Shown here: in pieces, positions 28,226 through 38,814 of the stretch | Layout of the letters: the number at the start of each line of letters is the position of its first letter | How positions within the stretch are numbered: the first letter of the stretch is position 1 | Position numbers and translations under genes: made by a program | Notes under the pieces: generated by a model | Databases searched by the model: none | What the model was told of the DNA's origin: nothing | Seen by the model: only the letters and a program-made list of their open reading frames with translations | NCBI GenBank assembly: GCA_021811565.1 | Contig: JAJZOL010000238.1 | Coordinates: 5,257-69,256, forward strand | Length of the DNA stretch: 64,000 nucleotides | Origin: a bacterium | GTDB lineage: Bacteria > Armatimonadota > Chthonomonadetes > Chthonomonadales > CAJBBX01 | Reading direction: 5' to 3'

Positions 28226-29815
28226 TTACCTCCGTGTGGCGAAATATGCGACGATCTTATTCACCAATCCGGGTATGGAATGCTCCGATGCCACGATTTG
28301 CGGATCGAATCCGTATGTTTGAAGCGTGTCTGCGGTTATCGGACCGATACATGCTAATACGGTTTCACCGATGAGTTCCGATACGTTCTGTTCACCGATA
28401 GTCTGCATGAAATTATGCACCGTGGATGAGCTTGCAAAGGTGATAACGTCGATCGCTTTTTCCGCCAAATCTGAAATGATTTCATCCTTGTCCGAATCAT
28501 CCATAACCGTTTGGTAAATCGGCGTTACATCGGTCACGGCACCTATTTCCGTAAGTCTTTGAGGAAGGATCTCCCTGGCTTCCGAGGCTCTTGGAAGCAG
28601 GATACGGGCTCCTTTGATGAGATGAGCGGGGAGTTCCTCCAAAATAGCCTCCGCAACAAAGCGTGTGGGAACGAAATCCGCACGAATTCCATGTTTGCGT
28701 AAAACCTCAGCAGTTCCAGGTCCAATTGCTGCGATATGCAACCCCGCCATTGATCGCATATCATATCCGAGTTGATTTAACCGGTCCAACACAATGGTTA
28801 CCGCGTTCGCGCTGGTGAATATAATCCATGAATACAGACTGGATGATGCTTCTCCGCTTTCCGTAAGACCCGCCACGCTTGGAAACAGATGGATGGCATG
28901 ATCCAAAGATGACAAATCCGTCATTGGCAGAATACGTATCATAGGATATTCCACCGGCTCCGCGCCGAGCTTTTGTAGCATTTCGCAAAGATCGCTGCTC
29001 TGTTCCCGTGCGCGTGTCACCATGATTTTTTTTCCAAACAGCGGTTTGTCTTCAAACCAACTCAGTTTATCACGTAATCGCACCACCTCACCGACTATCG
29101 TTACACAGGGCGCGGTGAAGTTGCGACGATACGCATCCTCTTCAACCGCCGTCAAGGTGGATGTTAACGTACGTTGTTTGCTCCATGATCCCCATTGCAC
29201 GAGCGCAATCGGAGTATCCTCCGATTTGCCGTTTTCTATCAGTTTACTGACTATGGCATGAAGATTCTCAACTCCCATTAAAAAGATGATCGTGTCCGCC
29301 CCGTTGGCGATCTCTTTCCATCGGACACTGGATTCGTTTTTCAGCGGATCCTCATGCCCCGTTATCACGGTGAAGGAGGAAGCGATATTACGATGCGTTA
29401 CCGGTATTCCCGCGTATGCAGGGGCGGCAATGGCGGAGGTTATGCCAGGCACCACTTCGAATACCACATTAGCCTCCCTGCAAGCTATCGCCTCTTCTCC
29501 GCCTCTTCCGAAAACAAAAGGATCCCCTCCCTTAAGCCTGCAGACAGTTTTCCCCTTCTGCGCGTATTGCACGATCAGTTCGTTGATTTGATCCTGTCTG
29601 ATCGTATGTCGGGAGGATTCCTTGCCGACGTAGATTAACTCGGCATCCTTTTTAGCGTGCTTTAAAACGTCCGGATGAACCAAACGATCATAAACCACGA
29701 CATCGGATTGCGCGAGATATTGCATTGCTCGTAATGAAATCAAAAGCGGATCTCCTGGTCCCGCTCCCACAAGTAAAACTTTGCCTATGGATTGATCCAT
29801 ATTATGCATCCTCAT
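28226..29815 (-). CDS. cobA: Uroporphyrinogen-III C-methyltransferase / uroporphyrinogen-III synthase fusion (CobA-HemD)
   Basis: LVGAGPGDP, RLKGGDPFVFGRGGEE, then HemD motifs VTRAREQ, IFTSANAV, FASSSTV, CIGPIT. Likely start is ATG 29800. Confidence 0.95.
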   Translation of the reverse strand: MRMHNMDQSIGKVLLVGAGPGDPLLISLRAMQYLAQSDVVVYDRLVHPDVLKHAKKDAELIYVGKESSRHTIRQDQINELIVQYAQKGKTVCRLKGGDPFVFGRGGEEAIACREANVVFEVVPGITSAIAAPAYAGIPVTHRNIASSFTVITGHEDPLKNESSVRWKEIANGADTIIFLMGVENLHAIVSKLIENGKSEDTPIALVQWGSWSKQRTLTSTLTAVEEDAYRRNFTAPCVTIVGEVVRLRDKLSWFEDKPLFGKKIMVTRAREQSSDLCEMLQKLGAEPVEYPMIRILPMTDLSSLDHAIHLFPSVAGLTESGEASSSLYSWIIFTSANAVTIVLDRLNQLGYDMRSMAGLHIAAIGPGTAEVLRKHGIRADFVPTRFVAEAILEELPAHLIKGARILLPRASEAREILPQRLTEIGAVTDVTPIYQTVMDDSDKDEIISDLAEKAIDVITFASSSTVHNFMQTIGEQNVSELIGETVLACIGPITADTLQTYGFDPQIVASEHSIPGLVNKIVAYFATRR

Positions 29816-31454
29816 TGATTAATTCGGTGTCTTTGTGCCAATTGATGTCATCCCTTTTCATGCAATCCAAGTTATAATGCAATCCTCGGCTCTCTCTTCT
29901 GGCTATCGCGGATTTTACGATGAGTTCGGATAGGGTCACCATATTCCTTAACTCGAAAAGCTCCGGGTGGGGGGCGTAATCGTTCAGCCATCGGGAAACG
30001 GTTGTCTCCATTGAATTAAGTAATTCTTCAGCTTTGGCAAGATCCTTATCTGTGCGCACGATGCCCACCAAGTCATTCATGTGATGCCTTAATTCATTTC
30101 GCATACTGCGTATATCATTCAAAGGAGCCATCTTCGCGGATAGCTGGATATCCTCCAAAGGGATATTTTTCGGGAGCGGGGACGGGGGGGATGAAATAAC
30201 ATGCATGGCTGACCGGTGTCCCCAAACCATCGCCTCCAAAAGGGAATTGGATGCCAGTCTGTTAGCGCCGTGAACCCCTGTGCAACTCACTTCTCCGGCG
30301 GCGTACAACCCTTCCAATGTCGTGCAACCATTAAGGTCCGCCTTGACCCCGCCGCACATGTAGTGAGCTGCGGGCACCACCGGTATGGGCTCCTTGGTGA
30401 TGTCAATCCCGTAATCGAGACACTGTTGGTAAATGGTTGGAAATCGCTCGCGGATAAAGTCATCGTCAAGATGGGTGATATCCAAAACCACGCAAGGATC
30501 GCCTTTTTTGATACGCTCCGCGTGTATCGCTCTTGCCACGATGTCCCTGGGAGCTAGTTCAGCCAATGGGTGATACTTATGCATGAAGGTAGCACCGTCA
30601 AGCGTGCGAAGAATCCCGCCTTCGCCGCGGACGGCTTCGGAAATTAAAAAAGAATCCCCTTTGGTATGGTACAGACAGGTGGGATGAAACTGGATAAACT
30701 CCATGTTTGAAATCACTGCCCCTGCATTCCACGCCATTGCCACACCGTCACCCGTGGCGATTTCGGGGTTGGTGGTATGCAAGTAAAGTCGCCCGCACCC
30801 TCCGGTTGACAGCATCACAATCCGTGCCAAAAAAGCGTAAAGTTTTCCGTTTTGCGTATTTATAGCGATGGCGCCGACGCAACGGCGTTTACCGTCAACG
30901 TTTCTAACCAAGAGATCGATGACGAAGTAATTCTCAAGTATTTCGAGGTTAGGCATGTCCTTTACGGCGGAGAGAAGAGCCCTTTCGCATTCGTATCCAG
31001 TACGGTCCACCGCATGAACAATTCTGTTCCTTGAATGCCCCCCCTCTCTTCCTAATGCAAGGTGATGCGCACCGTGTTCATCTTCTATCATGTTAAATTG
31101 TGCGCCTAGATCAATTAACTCTCTGATGCGGTCCGGTCCTTCCGTTACTAGAGTTTTCACGGCGTCTTCCTTGCAGATTCCGGCGCCCGCGATCAAGGTG
31201 TCCTCCATGTGCAAATGAACATCGTCGTTTTCATCCATCACCCCGGCGATGCCCCCTTGAGCATAGTTACTGTTGGATTCCGCCCTGCTTTTCTTCGTCA
31301 AAATCAACGTGGAGCCGTGCGGAGCAACATTTCTGGCGAATGTCAAACCCGCTACGCCGCTTCCTATGATTAGATAGTCGACTATTTGAGCCACTGAAGA
31401 GGTAGATATCCTCATGATGGAAAAGCGTCCTTTCCGTCCTGTAAGATCGTTCAT
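29802..31454 (-). CDS. nadB: L-aspartate oxidase
   Basis: IIGSGVAGL, SNSNYAQGGIA, EGGHSRNRIVH, EFIQFHPT, LISEAVRGEG, HYMCGGV, GVHGANRLASNSLLE, ESRGLHY. Likely start is ATG 31415. Confidence 0.96.
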   Translation of the reverse strand: MNDLTGRKGRFSIMRISTSSVAQIVDYLIIGSGVAGLTFARNVAPHGSTLILTKKSRAESNSNYAQGGIAGVMDENDDVHLHMEDTLIAGAGICKEDAVKTLVTEGPDRIRELIDLGAQFNMIEDEHGAHHLALGREGGHSRNRIVHAVDRTGYECERALLSAVKDMPNLEILENYFVIDLLVRNVDGKRRCVGAIAINTQNGKLYAFLARIVMLSTGGCGRLYLHTTNPEIATGDGVAMAWNAGAVISNMEFIQFHPTCLYHTKGDSFLISEAVRGEGGILRTLDGATFMHKYHPLAELAPRDIVARAIHAERIKKGDPCVVLDITHLDDDFIRERFPTIYQQCLDYGIDITKEPIPVVPAAHYMCGGVKADLNGCTTLEGLYAAGEVSCTGVHGANRLASNSLLEAMVWGHRSAMHVISSPPSPLPKNIPLEDIQLSAKMAPLNDIRSMRNELRHHMNDLVGIVRTDKDLAKAEELLNSMETTVSRWLNDYAPHPELFELRNMVTLSELIVKSAIARRESRGLHYNLDCMKRDDINWHKDTELINEDA

Positions 31455-31533
31455 TTATCGAATAGGTTCTGTGCTATTTTTTTCACCAAGGACGATTGAT
31501 CCGATCCCGATAAGATGCATACGAATACAAGAC

Positions 31534-32436
31534 TCAGTTTTTTCCCTCTATCCCATCCATCAATTCACGCGCTATGCGATTACCCAACTCATGAGCTTTT
31601 AATATATGATCACTCCTATGAGTTCTTACGATTTTCACCCCGTCCTGGGTAGCAAGGAAAGCGTGCATACTAAGCATTTCGCCTTCGATGGATACGTATG
31701 CCCCCGCTGGAATGGAACAACCCGAACCCAACGCCGATTGGAAACATCGCTCGGCAGTGACCGCTATATGGCTATGCGGGTGATCCAACGGTTCCAAGAT
31801 GGAATGGACATCGGTGGAGTCCTTGCGTATCTCCAACGCGAGGGCTCCTTGTCCCGGAGACGGGATGAACTCGGTAGGGGGCAGCTCCTCCACGATGTTT
31901 TTTTCCAAACCAAGGCGTTTCAGTCCCGCTGCGGCTAAGATGATGGCATCGTAGTGTCCTTCCCGCCATTTGCGTAGTCGAGTGTCCACGTTTCCTCGAA
32001 TAGGTTCCATTCGGAGGTCCGGTCTAACGTTTTGAATCAAAACCATCCTTCGAGGTCCACCGACGCCTATTATCGAACCAAAAGGAAGATCGTTAAGAGC
32101 GAGCGAATGGGAAATTAATGCATCACATGGCGATTCCCTGCGAGGAATTGCGGCAATTTCCAATTCCGGGGAAAGCTCACTCGGTAAATCTTTTAAGCTA
32201 TGGACGGCGAAATCCACGCTTTTTGAGAGGAGCGCCTCCTCGATCTCCTTAACGAAGACCCCTTTTGTTATGATGTTATTTGATTGCTGTTGACTTTGAG
32301 TGTCTCCTGTGGTGCGGATGATGATCGTTTCGATATCCAAGGAAGGGTTCAGTTTTCCAAGGAATGTGATTACTTGTTTTGTTTGAGCGATGGCGAGCGC
32401 ACTGCCGCGAGTGCCCACCCTAAGTGTTCTTTTCAT
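31534..32436 (-). CDS. hemC: Hydroxymethylbilane synthase
   Basis: GTRGSALA..Q, FVKEIEEALL, AVHSLKDLP, RGNVDTRLRK, PSPGQGAL, GCSIP. Confidence 0.98.
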   Translation of the reverse strand: MKRTLRVGTRGSALAIAQTKQVITFLGKLNPSLDIETIIIRTTGDTQSQQQSNNIITKGVFVKEIEEALLSKSVDFAVHSLKDLPSELSPELEIAAIPRRESPCDALISHSLALNDLPFGSIIGVGGPRRMVLIQNVRPDLRMEPIRGNVDTRLRKWREGHYDAIILAAAGLKRLGLEKNIVEELPPTEFIPSPGQGALALEIRKDSTDVHSILEPLDHPHSHIAVTAERCFQSALGSGCSIPAGAYVSIEGEMLSMHAFLATQDGVKIVRTHRSDHILKAHELGNRIARELMDGIEGKN

Positions 32437-32579
32437 ATAGTTTACCCGTTGAGATAGGAAGCTTATCCGCAGTGAATGAAATTGAATATACTAACGGAGA
32501 AATGCACACCTCAGGATATCAGTGACCTGGCTGGAGATGCAATTTCCGGAAATCATTTTTTGAATGGATCAGGCAATCC

Positions 32580-33419
32580 TTATCTAAAGTGATGCGATCC
32601 GCTTGGAATCATAAACAGAGTTAACGAGACGAATAAACCTACCACAAGAAGAATATGCGATTTAGGCCCTCGGAATCCGGTGAAGTTCCTTAGCAGCAAA
32701 TACGAGCCATAAAGCACCCAAACTAAAAAAGAGATGATTGTGTGGGGATCCCATATCCAGTCGCCCTTGAGTCCGCCAGATAATGCTTTGATTACTCCAA
32801 ATGCCAAGCCGAGAGTAAGCAGAGGCATTGCGAAAGCGATCAAATGTAGTGCCATCGAATCCAATTTTTCCAGCGGTGGCAAACGCAGAAACATGGCTTT
32901 TCGATTGGGTCGTTTCAAGAGGCGGTATTGCCACAAGTAACAAATAGCGCAACAAGCGGCAAGCGCGAATAGTGCGAAGGAGAAAAGTACGAGCATGATA
33001 TGTAAATTGATAAAATGCTCTTGTATTTCAGGATTTTGTCGAATAGCCTCGTCCGAACGCAGTATCGCGCCAAAGATAAACGCGGAACTTAATGGCATGA
33101 GGATGGAACCGAGCGCAGGTAGCTTATAAAAGTAATCAATCGGAATAAACAGCAGCACCATTGCCCATGCTGAAACACTTAATGAGCCGAACGCGCTCGA
33201 AAATGGCGATTGGTGATAGGTGACACAAAAATGACCGATCGCCAGTGTGTGAAGTGCAAATCCGGTTAGGTATACATATCTCGCTTGAATCAGTCTTTTG
33301 GGGTCTTTTAATGCCAGATTGGCGCCGTAAAGAACAGCGGCCGTTAGATAGGCGAAAAGAACGATGCTATGAAGGATTGCACTTATCATGATTCGACGTC
33401 CTCCGAGGTGTTCGCACAA
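32580..33419 (-). CDS. CcsA/HemX-like cytochrome c assembly membrane protein
   Basis: Multiple TM helices, conserved His (NLHI), LPPLEKLD, W..DP. Likely start is ATG 33389, overlapping the hemA stop (ATGA). Confidence 0.85.
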   Translation of the reverse strand: MCEHLGGRRIMISAILHSIVLFAYLTAAVLYGANLALKDPKRLIQARYVYLTGFALHTLAIGHFCVTYHQSPFSSAFGSLSVSAWAMVLLFIPIDYFYKLPALGSILMPLSSAFIFGAILRSDEAIRQNPEIQEHFINLHIMLVLFSFALFALAACCAICYLWQYRLLKRPNRKAMFLRLPPLEKLDSMALHLIAFAMPLLTLGLAFGVIKALSGGLKGDWIWDPHTIISFLVWVLYGSYLLLRNFTGFRGPKSHILLVVGLFVSLTLFMIPSGSHHFR

Positions 33420-34723
33420 GATTGCGAATGCGTGTCAAAGGAATCGTTTTCTTCCGGGAGAGCGAATATTTCCTGTGCGGCGTCCAAAAGAGTGTATTGT
33501 TTTGATGTTTCATCTGCTGACGCCGCCTCTTTAAGCCGTCCTATCGGATCGCGCGTGATTTTTGTTGTCAAGGATTTCATGGCGGATTCAATGCACTCCC
33601 AGGAATGTTCGGACAGATCAGGGAGCTGACGCCTTAACCTTGCCAACTCCTCTTCCTTAAGTCTGTTATGTTTTCGCTGAAGCTGTGACACAATGGGGGC
33701 TGCGTTGAGGGATCTCCACCAATTCATAAACTTAATGACCTCCTCTTCAATAATCCGCTCAACCTTTTGGACTTCGAATTCGCGCCCATGAACCATATCG
33801 CTTACGATCTCTTCGAGATCATCGATGTCATAGAGGAAAAGGTTTTCGATATTCCCCGCTTCCGGCTCAATGTCTCTTGGCAAAGCGATATCAATCATGA
33901 AAACAGGTTTGCCGCGTCTTTTGCGCATCATCTGAGCCAAGCCATCTTTTCGGAGAATGAAATGAGGAGAGGATGTTGAACTAATGACGATGTCGGCGGA
34001 AAGCAGTTTCTCTGGAAAGTCATCGTATCGAATAGCTTTGCCGCCTAGTTTTTCCGCAAGCGATACAGCCCGCTCATGGGTTCGATTGGCGACGAATATC
34101 AGCTTGGCGCCACTAGAAATCAGATGATTAGCCGTTAACTCACTCATTTTCCCCGCGCCGAGAATCAATATGGATGCGTTATTCAGCGAACCGAATATCG
34201 ATTGCGCCAGTTCCACTGCCGCATGTCCCACTGAAAATCCGCCGGCTCCTATTTGGGTTTCCGTGCGAGCTCTTTTTCCGGCTGTGATGGCGGATCGGAA
34301 GAGGCCGTTTAATACACGCCCGATGCTCTGCGCGGATAACGCAGCGGCGAAAGAATCGCGCACCTGCTTCAGAATCTGCGGCTCTCCCAGAACCATGGAA
34401 TCCAATCCCGCCGCCACGCTGAATAGATGAGATACGGCAATCGATCCAGTGTGAAAATAGAGGTGCGATCGGAATATATCCGGTTGTATGTTGTGAAATT
34501 CCGAGAGGAAACAAATTAGATGATCCTCAAGAAAATCGCTTTGAGGAGAAAGAGCGATGATCTCCGTGCGATTGCATGTGGAAAGAATGGCGCATTCCGA
34601 AATGCTTGGGTGACGAGAAAGAACGGACAACGCTTCCGGCAATCTGTTTTCCGGAAACGACAACTTCTCTCGTATCTCAATGGGAGAGGTCTTATGATTT
34701 AATCCAATGACTACCAAATACAC
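33386..34723 (-). CDS. hemA: Glutamyl-tRNA reductase
   Basis: GLNHKT, LSTCNRTE, GLDSMVLGEPQILKQV, LGAGKM, NRT, DIALPRDI. Confidence 0.98.
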   Translation of the reverse strand: MYLVVIGLNHKTSPIEIREKLSFPENRLPEALSVLSRHPSISECAILSTCNRTEIIALSPQSDFLEDHLICFLSEFHNIQPDIFRSHLYFHTGSIAVSHLFSVAAGLDSMVLGEPQILKQVRDSFAAALSAQSIGRVLNGLFRSAITAGKRARTETQIGAGGFSVGHAAVELAQSIFGSLNNASILILGAGKMSELTANHLISSGAKLIFVANRTHERAVSLAEKLGGKAIRYDDFPEKLLSADIVISSTSSPHFILRKDGLAQMMRKRRGKPVFMIDIALPRDIEPEAGNIENLFLYDIDDLEEIVSDMVHGREFEVQKVERIIEEEVIKFMNWWRSLNAAPIVSQLQRKHNRLKEEELARLRRQLPDLSEHSWECIESAMKSLTTKITRDPIGRLKEAASADETSKQYTLLDAAQEIFALPEENDSFDTHSQSCANTSEDVES

Positions 34724-35334
34724 GAGAACGCTGTTTGACGCGCCTCTTCGACGCGCCCCTTCCGTATCATCTCCAGCAGGACATCCTCCTTCGCCAAGCG
34801 ATTCAGCGCATTTTTTCTCTCATGTGGATCCGAAATTTTGAGTTTGATCTCATTCCTCACATCGCGCAGAATTGTCATGAGAGCGCCGTATTCCTCTCCA
34901 TAGACAGCATCCATTTGATGAAGGATATCCTTGGCGATGGATGGGCTAGCCCCTTGCGTGGAGACGGAGATTATTAAATCTCCTTTTTGGATAAAGCCGG
35001 GGAATATCACATCGCCCTCTTCGGCATCTCCTGCGTCATTACAAAGGATACCACGTCTTTTGGCATCCCGCATGATTCCACGATTCACGTCGGAACTGTT
35101 TGTGGCTGCGATGACTAGAAAAGCTCCGTCGGTATGCGTCTCGTTGTATCTTTCCTGAATCCAAGTGACTTGAGATGTTTTTGATGCATCCTTGATTGCA
35201 GGGGTGACTTCGGGAGATACAATTGTGACTTGGGCATTTTCATTCAACAAGCACCGCATCCTGCGAGTCGCAATCGCTCCACCGCCTATAATGATGCAGC
35301 GTTTGTCAGAAAGGGATATCAATAATGGTATCAT
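34711..35334 (-). CDS. Precorrin-2 dehydrogenase/sirohydrochlorin ferrochelatase (SirC/Met8/CysG N-terminal type)
   Basis: IIIGGGAIATRR, LVIAATN, ISVSTQGASP. Confidence 0.92.
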   Translation of the reverse strand: MIPLLISLSDKRCIIIGGGAIATRRMRCLLNENAQVTIVSPEVTPAIKDASKTSQVTWIQERYNETHTDGAFLVIAATNSSDVNRGIMRDAKRRGILCNDAGDAEEGDVIFPGFIQKGDLIISVSTQGASPSIAKDILHQMDAVYGEEYGALMTILRDVRNEIKLKISDPHERKNALNRLAKEDVLLEMIRKGRVEEARQTAFSCIW

Positions 35335-35987
35335 CCTTGCTCGTTAAAAACCATATCCGTTGATAGATGGTAGGAAAGCACCGCGAGTTCCTGTACGAAT
35401 GATACGTTGCGTACCACGACATCATCGGGTACCCGCAGAATGGTTGGCGCAAAATTCAGAATCGCCCTGATGCCCGCATCAATCATCTGTTCCGTCACAT
35501 CCTGAGCTGCGGATCGAGGTACGGCTAGGATGCCGATTCTAGCCTTAAGCACGGCGTTGATTTCTGCAAGACGAGATATGTCGAGAATCTCCAACTCCCA
35601 TAACTTTCTGCCAATCTTGGCGAAGTTATTATCGAATACCGCCACAAGATTGAAATGATGCTCATTCAGACCGGGATAGCCTACAAGCGCGGATCCGAGA
35701 TTTCCAGCGCCGATCATCACCACATGCTGCTCTCTGTCAATTTTCAGGATTTTGGTGATGCGATTTTGCAACTCCGCCACATTATAGCCAACTCCAGGCT
35801 TTCCGAATTCCCCGAAATAGGATAAATCCTTGCGAAATTGAGCGGCGTTTATTCCCGTTTGCTCCTCGACATCTGACGAGGCGATGGTTTCGACATGATC
35901 TTGTTCAAGATCCAGAAGATAGCGCAAATACGTAGCCATACGTTCCAACGTCGGCACCGGAACTTTACCGGAAGGGTTGTTACCCAA
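35331..35987 (-). CDS. rex: Redox-sensing transcriptional repressor Rex
   Basis: TLERMATY, QFRKDLSYFGEFGKPGVGY, GAGNLGSAL, ILNFAP; TTG start with GGAGG RBS. Confidence 0.97.
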   Translation of the reverse strand: MGNNPSGKVPVPTLERMATYLRYLLDLEQDHVETIASSDVEEQTGINAAQFRKDLSYFGEFGKPGVGYNVAELQNRITKILKIDREQHVVMIGAGNLGSALVGYPGLNEHHFNLVAVFDNNFAKIGRKLWELEILDISRLAEINAVLKARIGILAVPRSAAQDVTEQMIDAGIRAILNFAPTILRVPDDVVVRNVSFVQELAVLSYHLSTDMVFNEQG

Positions 35988-36337
35988 AGGCTCTTCCTCC
36001 GTTTTTTTGTAAAATCAAGTAATTGCAAAAGCCCTTTTCAAAGATATCACCACGCGTGAAATGAGCGATACCAGCCTCATTTACTCTGTTTTTGCAATCA
36101 CCTCGAATGATAATAATGACACGTCGTTTCTTCGCTAAGAACACGGGCTTGCAATCAAGCAGAAGCATCCTATGGAGCGTTGCCACACGAATATCCACTG
36201 CCATCACGTAAAATTAACACGTAAATGAATAATCACGAATTATTACAATATACGTTTGGGACGTATTAATCGCTTCCCTGTTTGGCGCAATGAAACATAT
36301 CATTTATACGACCAACACATGCCCTTGAAATGACGGA

Positions 36338-37312
36338 TCAATCCTTAAAGGCTTCAGGAATGTGATGCATCGGCACGGCGAGCATTTTAATCAATGCGGC
36401 GAGCATCTGTTCGCGAAAAACAGAATTCACCGCTAAAGCCGCTTGCGTCTGTGCATAGCCGAAGGGTATGCCTATGTCCCATCTCTCCCCGATCGACTCC
36501 AATGCCAAATATCTCTCCCCAGCACACCGCAGACGCTCATGGGCACTCGTGAGTTGTATCTCGTTGTTTTCGCGCAGATCGTTATCGATCGCGTAACGAA
36601 GACTATCGAATATGGAAGGTGTGAATACATGCATTCCGAAAAAGCAAAGATACATCCCCCATAGCAATCCCTCGACACGCAACTTTTCCTCGGCGAACTC
36701 CAAAGTGGGTTTTTCCGATATGAGATCAATGTCATATACCCGTGGGTTTTGTTGAATTAATTTACCACGAACAGTCCCGAAAAGATGTAATAACTCCGCT
36801 GGAGTTTGCTGAACCGCCGATACGCTTGTCTCATATTTCTCATAAACATCCATGACTTGACGTGCGCATCGTGTCTCGGTGCCTGAAGTGTAGATATGGT
36901 CTCCAAGCATTAGTAGGAAAGGTTCATTCCCAACAAAATCTTTGGCGCACCACACCGCGTGTCCGTATCCTTCTGGTTGAGATTGTTCAACCATATGAAG
37001 CCTGGATGCGATATGTTGCATCTTAGCCGAAGCCAGCAACGCCCATTCCTTGCCTTTGAAAAGGCGAATCTCTTCGTTGGATATCGGTTTGAAATGGCTT
37101 TCGATCTGCGCACGGTTATGTTTGTTCACCACGAGGCAGACCTCCTCGATACCGCTTTCGAGAGCCTCTTCAATGATGATTTGGATCGCCGGTTTCGTAA
37201 GTCCGTCCACATCCATTAACGGAAGCATCTCTTTCTGGATCGTGCTGGTTGCGGGATACATGCGAGTACCTCTTCCCGCAGCGGTAATGACCGCCTTTCT
37301 AATTTTGTTCAT
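36338..37312 (-). CDS. UTP-glucose-1-phosphate uridylyltransferase-like nucleotidyltransferase
   Basis: KAVITAAGRGTRMYPAT...KEMLP, QPEGYGHAV, LMLGDH, EKP. Confidence 0.85.
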   Translation of the reverse strand: MNKIRKAVITAAGRGTRMYPATSTIQKEMLPLMDVDGLTKPAIQIIIEEALESGIEEVCLVVNKHNRAQIESHFKPISNEEIRLFKGKEWALLASAKMQHIASRLHMVEQSQPEGYGHAVWCAKDFVGNEPFLLMLGDHIYTSGTETRCARQVMDVYEKYETSVSAVQQTPAELLHLFGTVRGKLIQQNPRVYDIDLISEKPTLEFAEEKLRVEGLLWGMYLCFFGMHVFTPSIFDSLRYAIDNDLRENNEIQLTSAHERLRCAGERYLALESIGERWDIGIPFGYAQTQAALAVNSVFREQMLAALIKMLAVPMHHIPEAFKD

Positions 37313-37333
37313 TCGTGCAAACCTTCGAGTTTT

Positions 37334-38470
37334 TCATTTATAGCTTTTTGAAAGGGATTCCAACAAACTTAAAGCCTTTTTCAAAATTGCGTTATCCGGA
37401 TTCTCCTTTATCGCCTTCTTGAGATCGGGCATTGCATTTAGCGTATCGTCTTGGCTGGCGATGGTGAATCCATCGTTGTAAGTCTGTATCGCCATACTCT
37501 CATTGCCGCTGACAGCGTAATACAACCCTAAATTGTATTTGACATATGCCAGCTTTGGATTTAGGGACAAAGCCTTCAGACTAAATCCGATAGCATCCTT
37601 GATGTTCCCTGCCAGGTATTCAAGCCAACCGTAATTCCCCCAGCTTGTAGGGTTTTTTGGATCGGCGTTGATGACTGACTGATAGGTTTTCAATGCCATG
37701 GGATAATTCTTTTCACCGCTGTAGGCGAATGCTAGTTGTTCTTGAATATTTGAATCATTTGGCGTCTCTTTAAGGAAAGCTATGGCGGTTTGTATGGATT
37801 CGTCATAGCGTTTCGCATCATTCATTGCGGATATCAACGCCGCTTTCGCCAAAGGGTAATCCGGTTTGATTCTCAATGCCGCTTCGTATTCGGGAATTGC
37901 TTTTTCCGGGCGCTGAAAATAGGCGTAAAGTTGTCCTAACGCGAATGGTACGATCGAATCATCGGGATTCAGACCCATCGCCATGATATAAGCGTTTTCG
38001 GAATCACGAAAGTCCTTCATCTGCTTGTATGCGTCTCCAATGCCCACATAGGGGTCCGATTGATTCGGTTTAAGAATGAGGGAATGTTGAAATGCATTTA
38101 CGGCTTTGTTAGGTATGCTGGCGTTCAAATATGCTGATCCCAGATCATTATATAGATCAGGCGACGTGGGATTGAGATTCACCGCTGTTTGCATCTCCGC
38201 CACGCCCTCCTCGTTTCTTCCCATTTGCTCGTATATCTGACCTAAAATGACATGAACGGCGATATCCTTGGGGTTCATTTTAAGAGCCGCTTGGAATTCC
38301 GTGATGGCTTGATCGAGTTTTCCTTGTTGCACCAAGTTCATCCCATTCTGGACATGCTCATGTTCCGATTGCGCGAATGCGGAGGGGACGGACAGCGATA
38401 GAGCTAATAGACACGTCAGGAGTGGCAATAGGAAATATTTGAAATGGTAACTTTGGGTATTGTTGATCAT
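37334..38470 (-). CDS. Exported tetratricopeptide-repeat protein
   Basis: Signal peptide followed by about 9 TPR-like 34-aa units (e.g. A...NP.......LG..Y). Confidence 0.9.
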   Translation of the reverse strand: MINNTQSYHFKYFLLPLLTCLLALSLSVPSAFAQSEHEHVQNGMNLVQQGKLDQAITEFQAALKMNPKDIAVHVILGQIYEQMGRNEEGVAEMQTAVNLNPTSPDLYNDLGSAYLNASIPNKAVNAFQHSLILKPNQSDPYVGIGDAYKQMKDFRDSENAYIMAMGLNPDDSIVPFALGQLYAYFQRPEKAIPEYEAALRIKPDYPLAKAALISAMNDAKRYDESIQTAIAFLKETPNDSNIQEQLAFAYSGEKNYPMALKTYQSVINADPKNPTSWGNYGWLEYLAGNIKDAIGFSLKALSLNPKLAYVKYNLGLYYAVSGNESMAIQTYNDGFTIASQDDTLNAMPDLKKAIKENPDNAILKKALSLLESLSKSYK

Positions 38471-38814
38471 TGGATTTGTCTCTTATCATCTTTCAAAATA
38501 GATGTCACGCGGAATTGATAACCCTTGAATTTGGAATATTGAACGAAGGGATTGCATTTTCCTATGGATGGCATGAGCATCATGTAAAGAGTCAATGGAA
38601 ATTGTTTTTGATATCATCGCTATTTCCAAAGTGTAAATAAATCGTTCATTCCAAGCTTGGCAAGATGGCTCCACCGTATTGTGCCTATGCCTGAGTTTAT
38701 AGATAGACCATGCAATAAGTCAAATCAATCCCTATCTTGCAAGCTAATTGATAACGAATCGTAATGCTTTCGGCAATGGTTCGTATGATTGTGTACAATA
38801 GCCATTCTGTGTAT

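Noticed and set aside
35988-36340. Canonical Rex operator or a cobalamin/other riboswitch upstream of the hem operon
   Set aside because: No TTGTGAA-N4-TTCACAA and no recognisable aptamer core.
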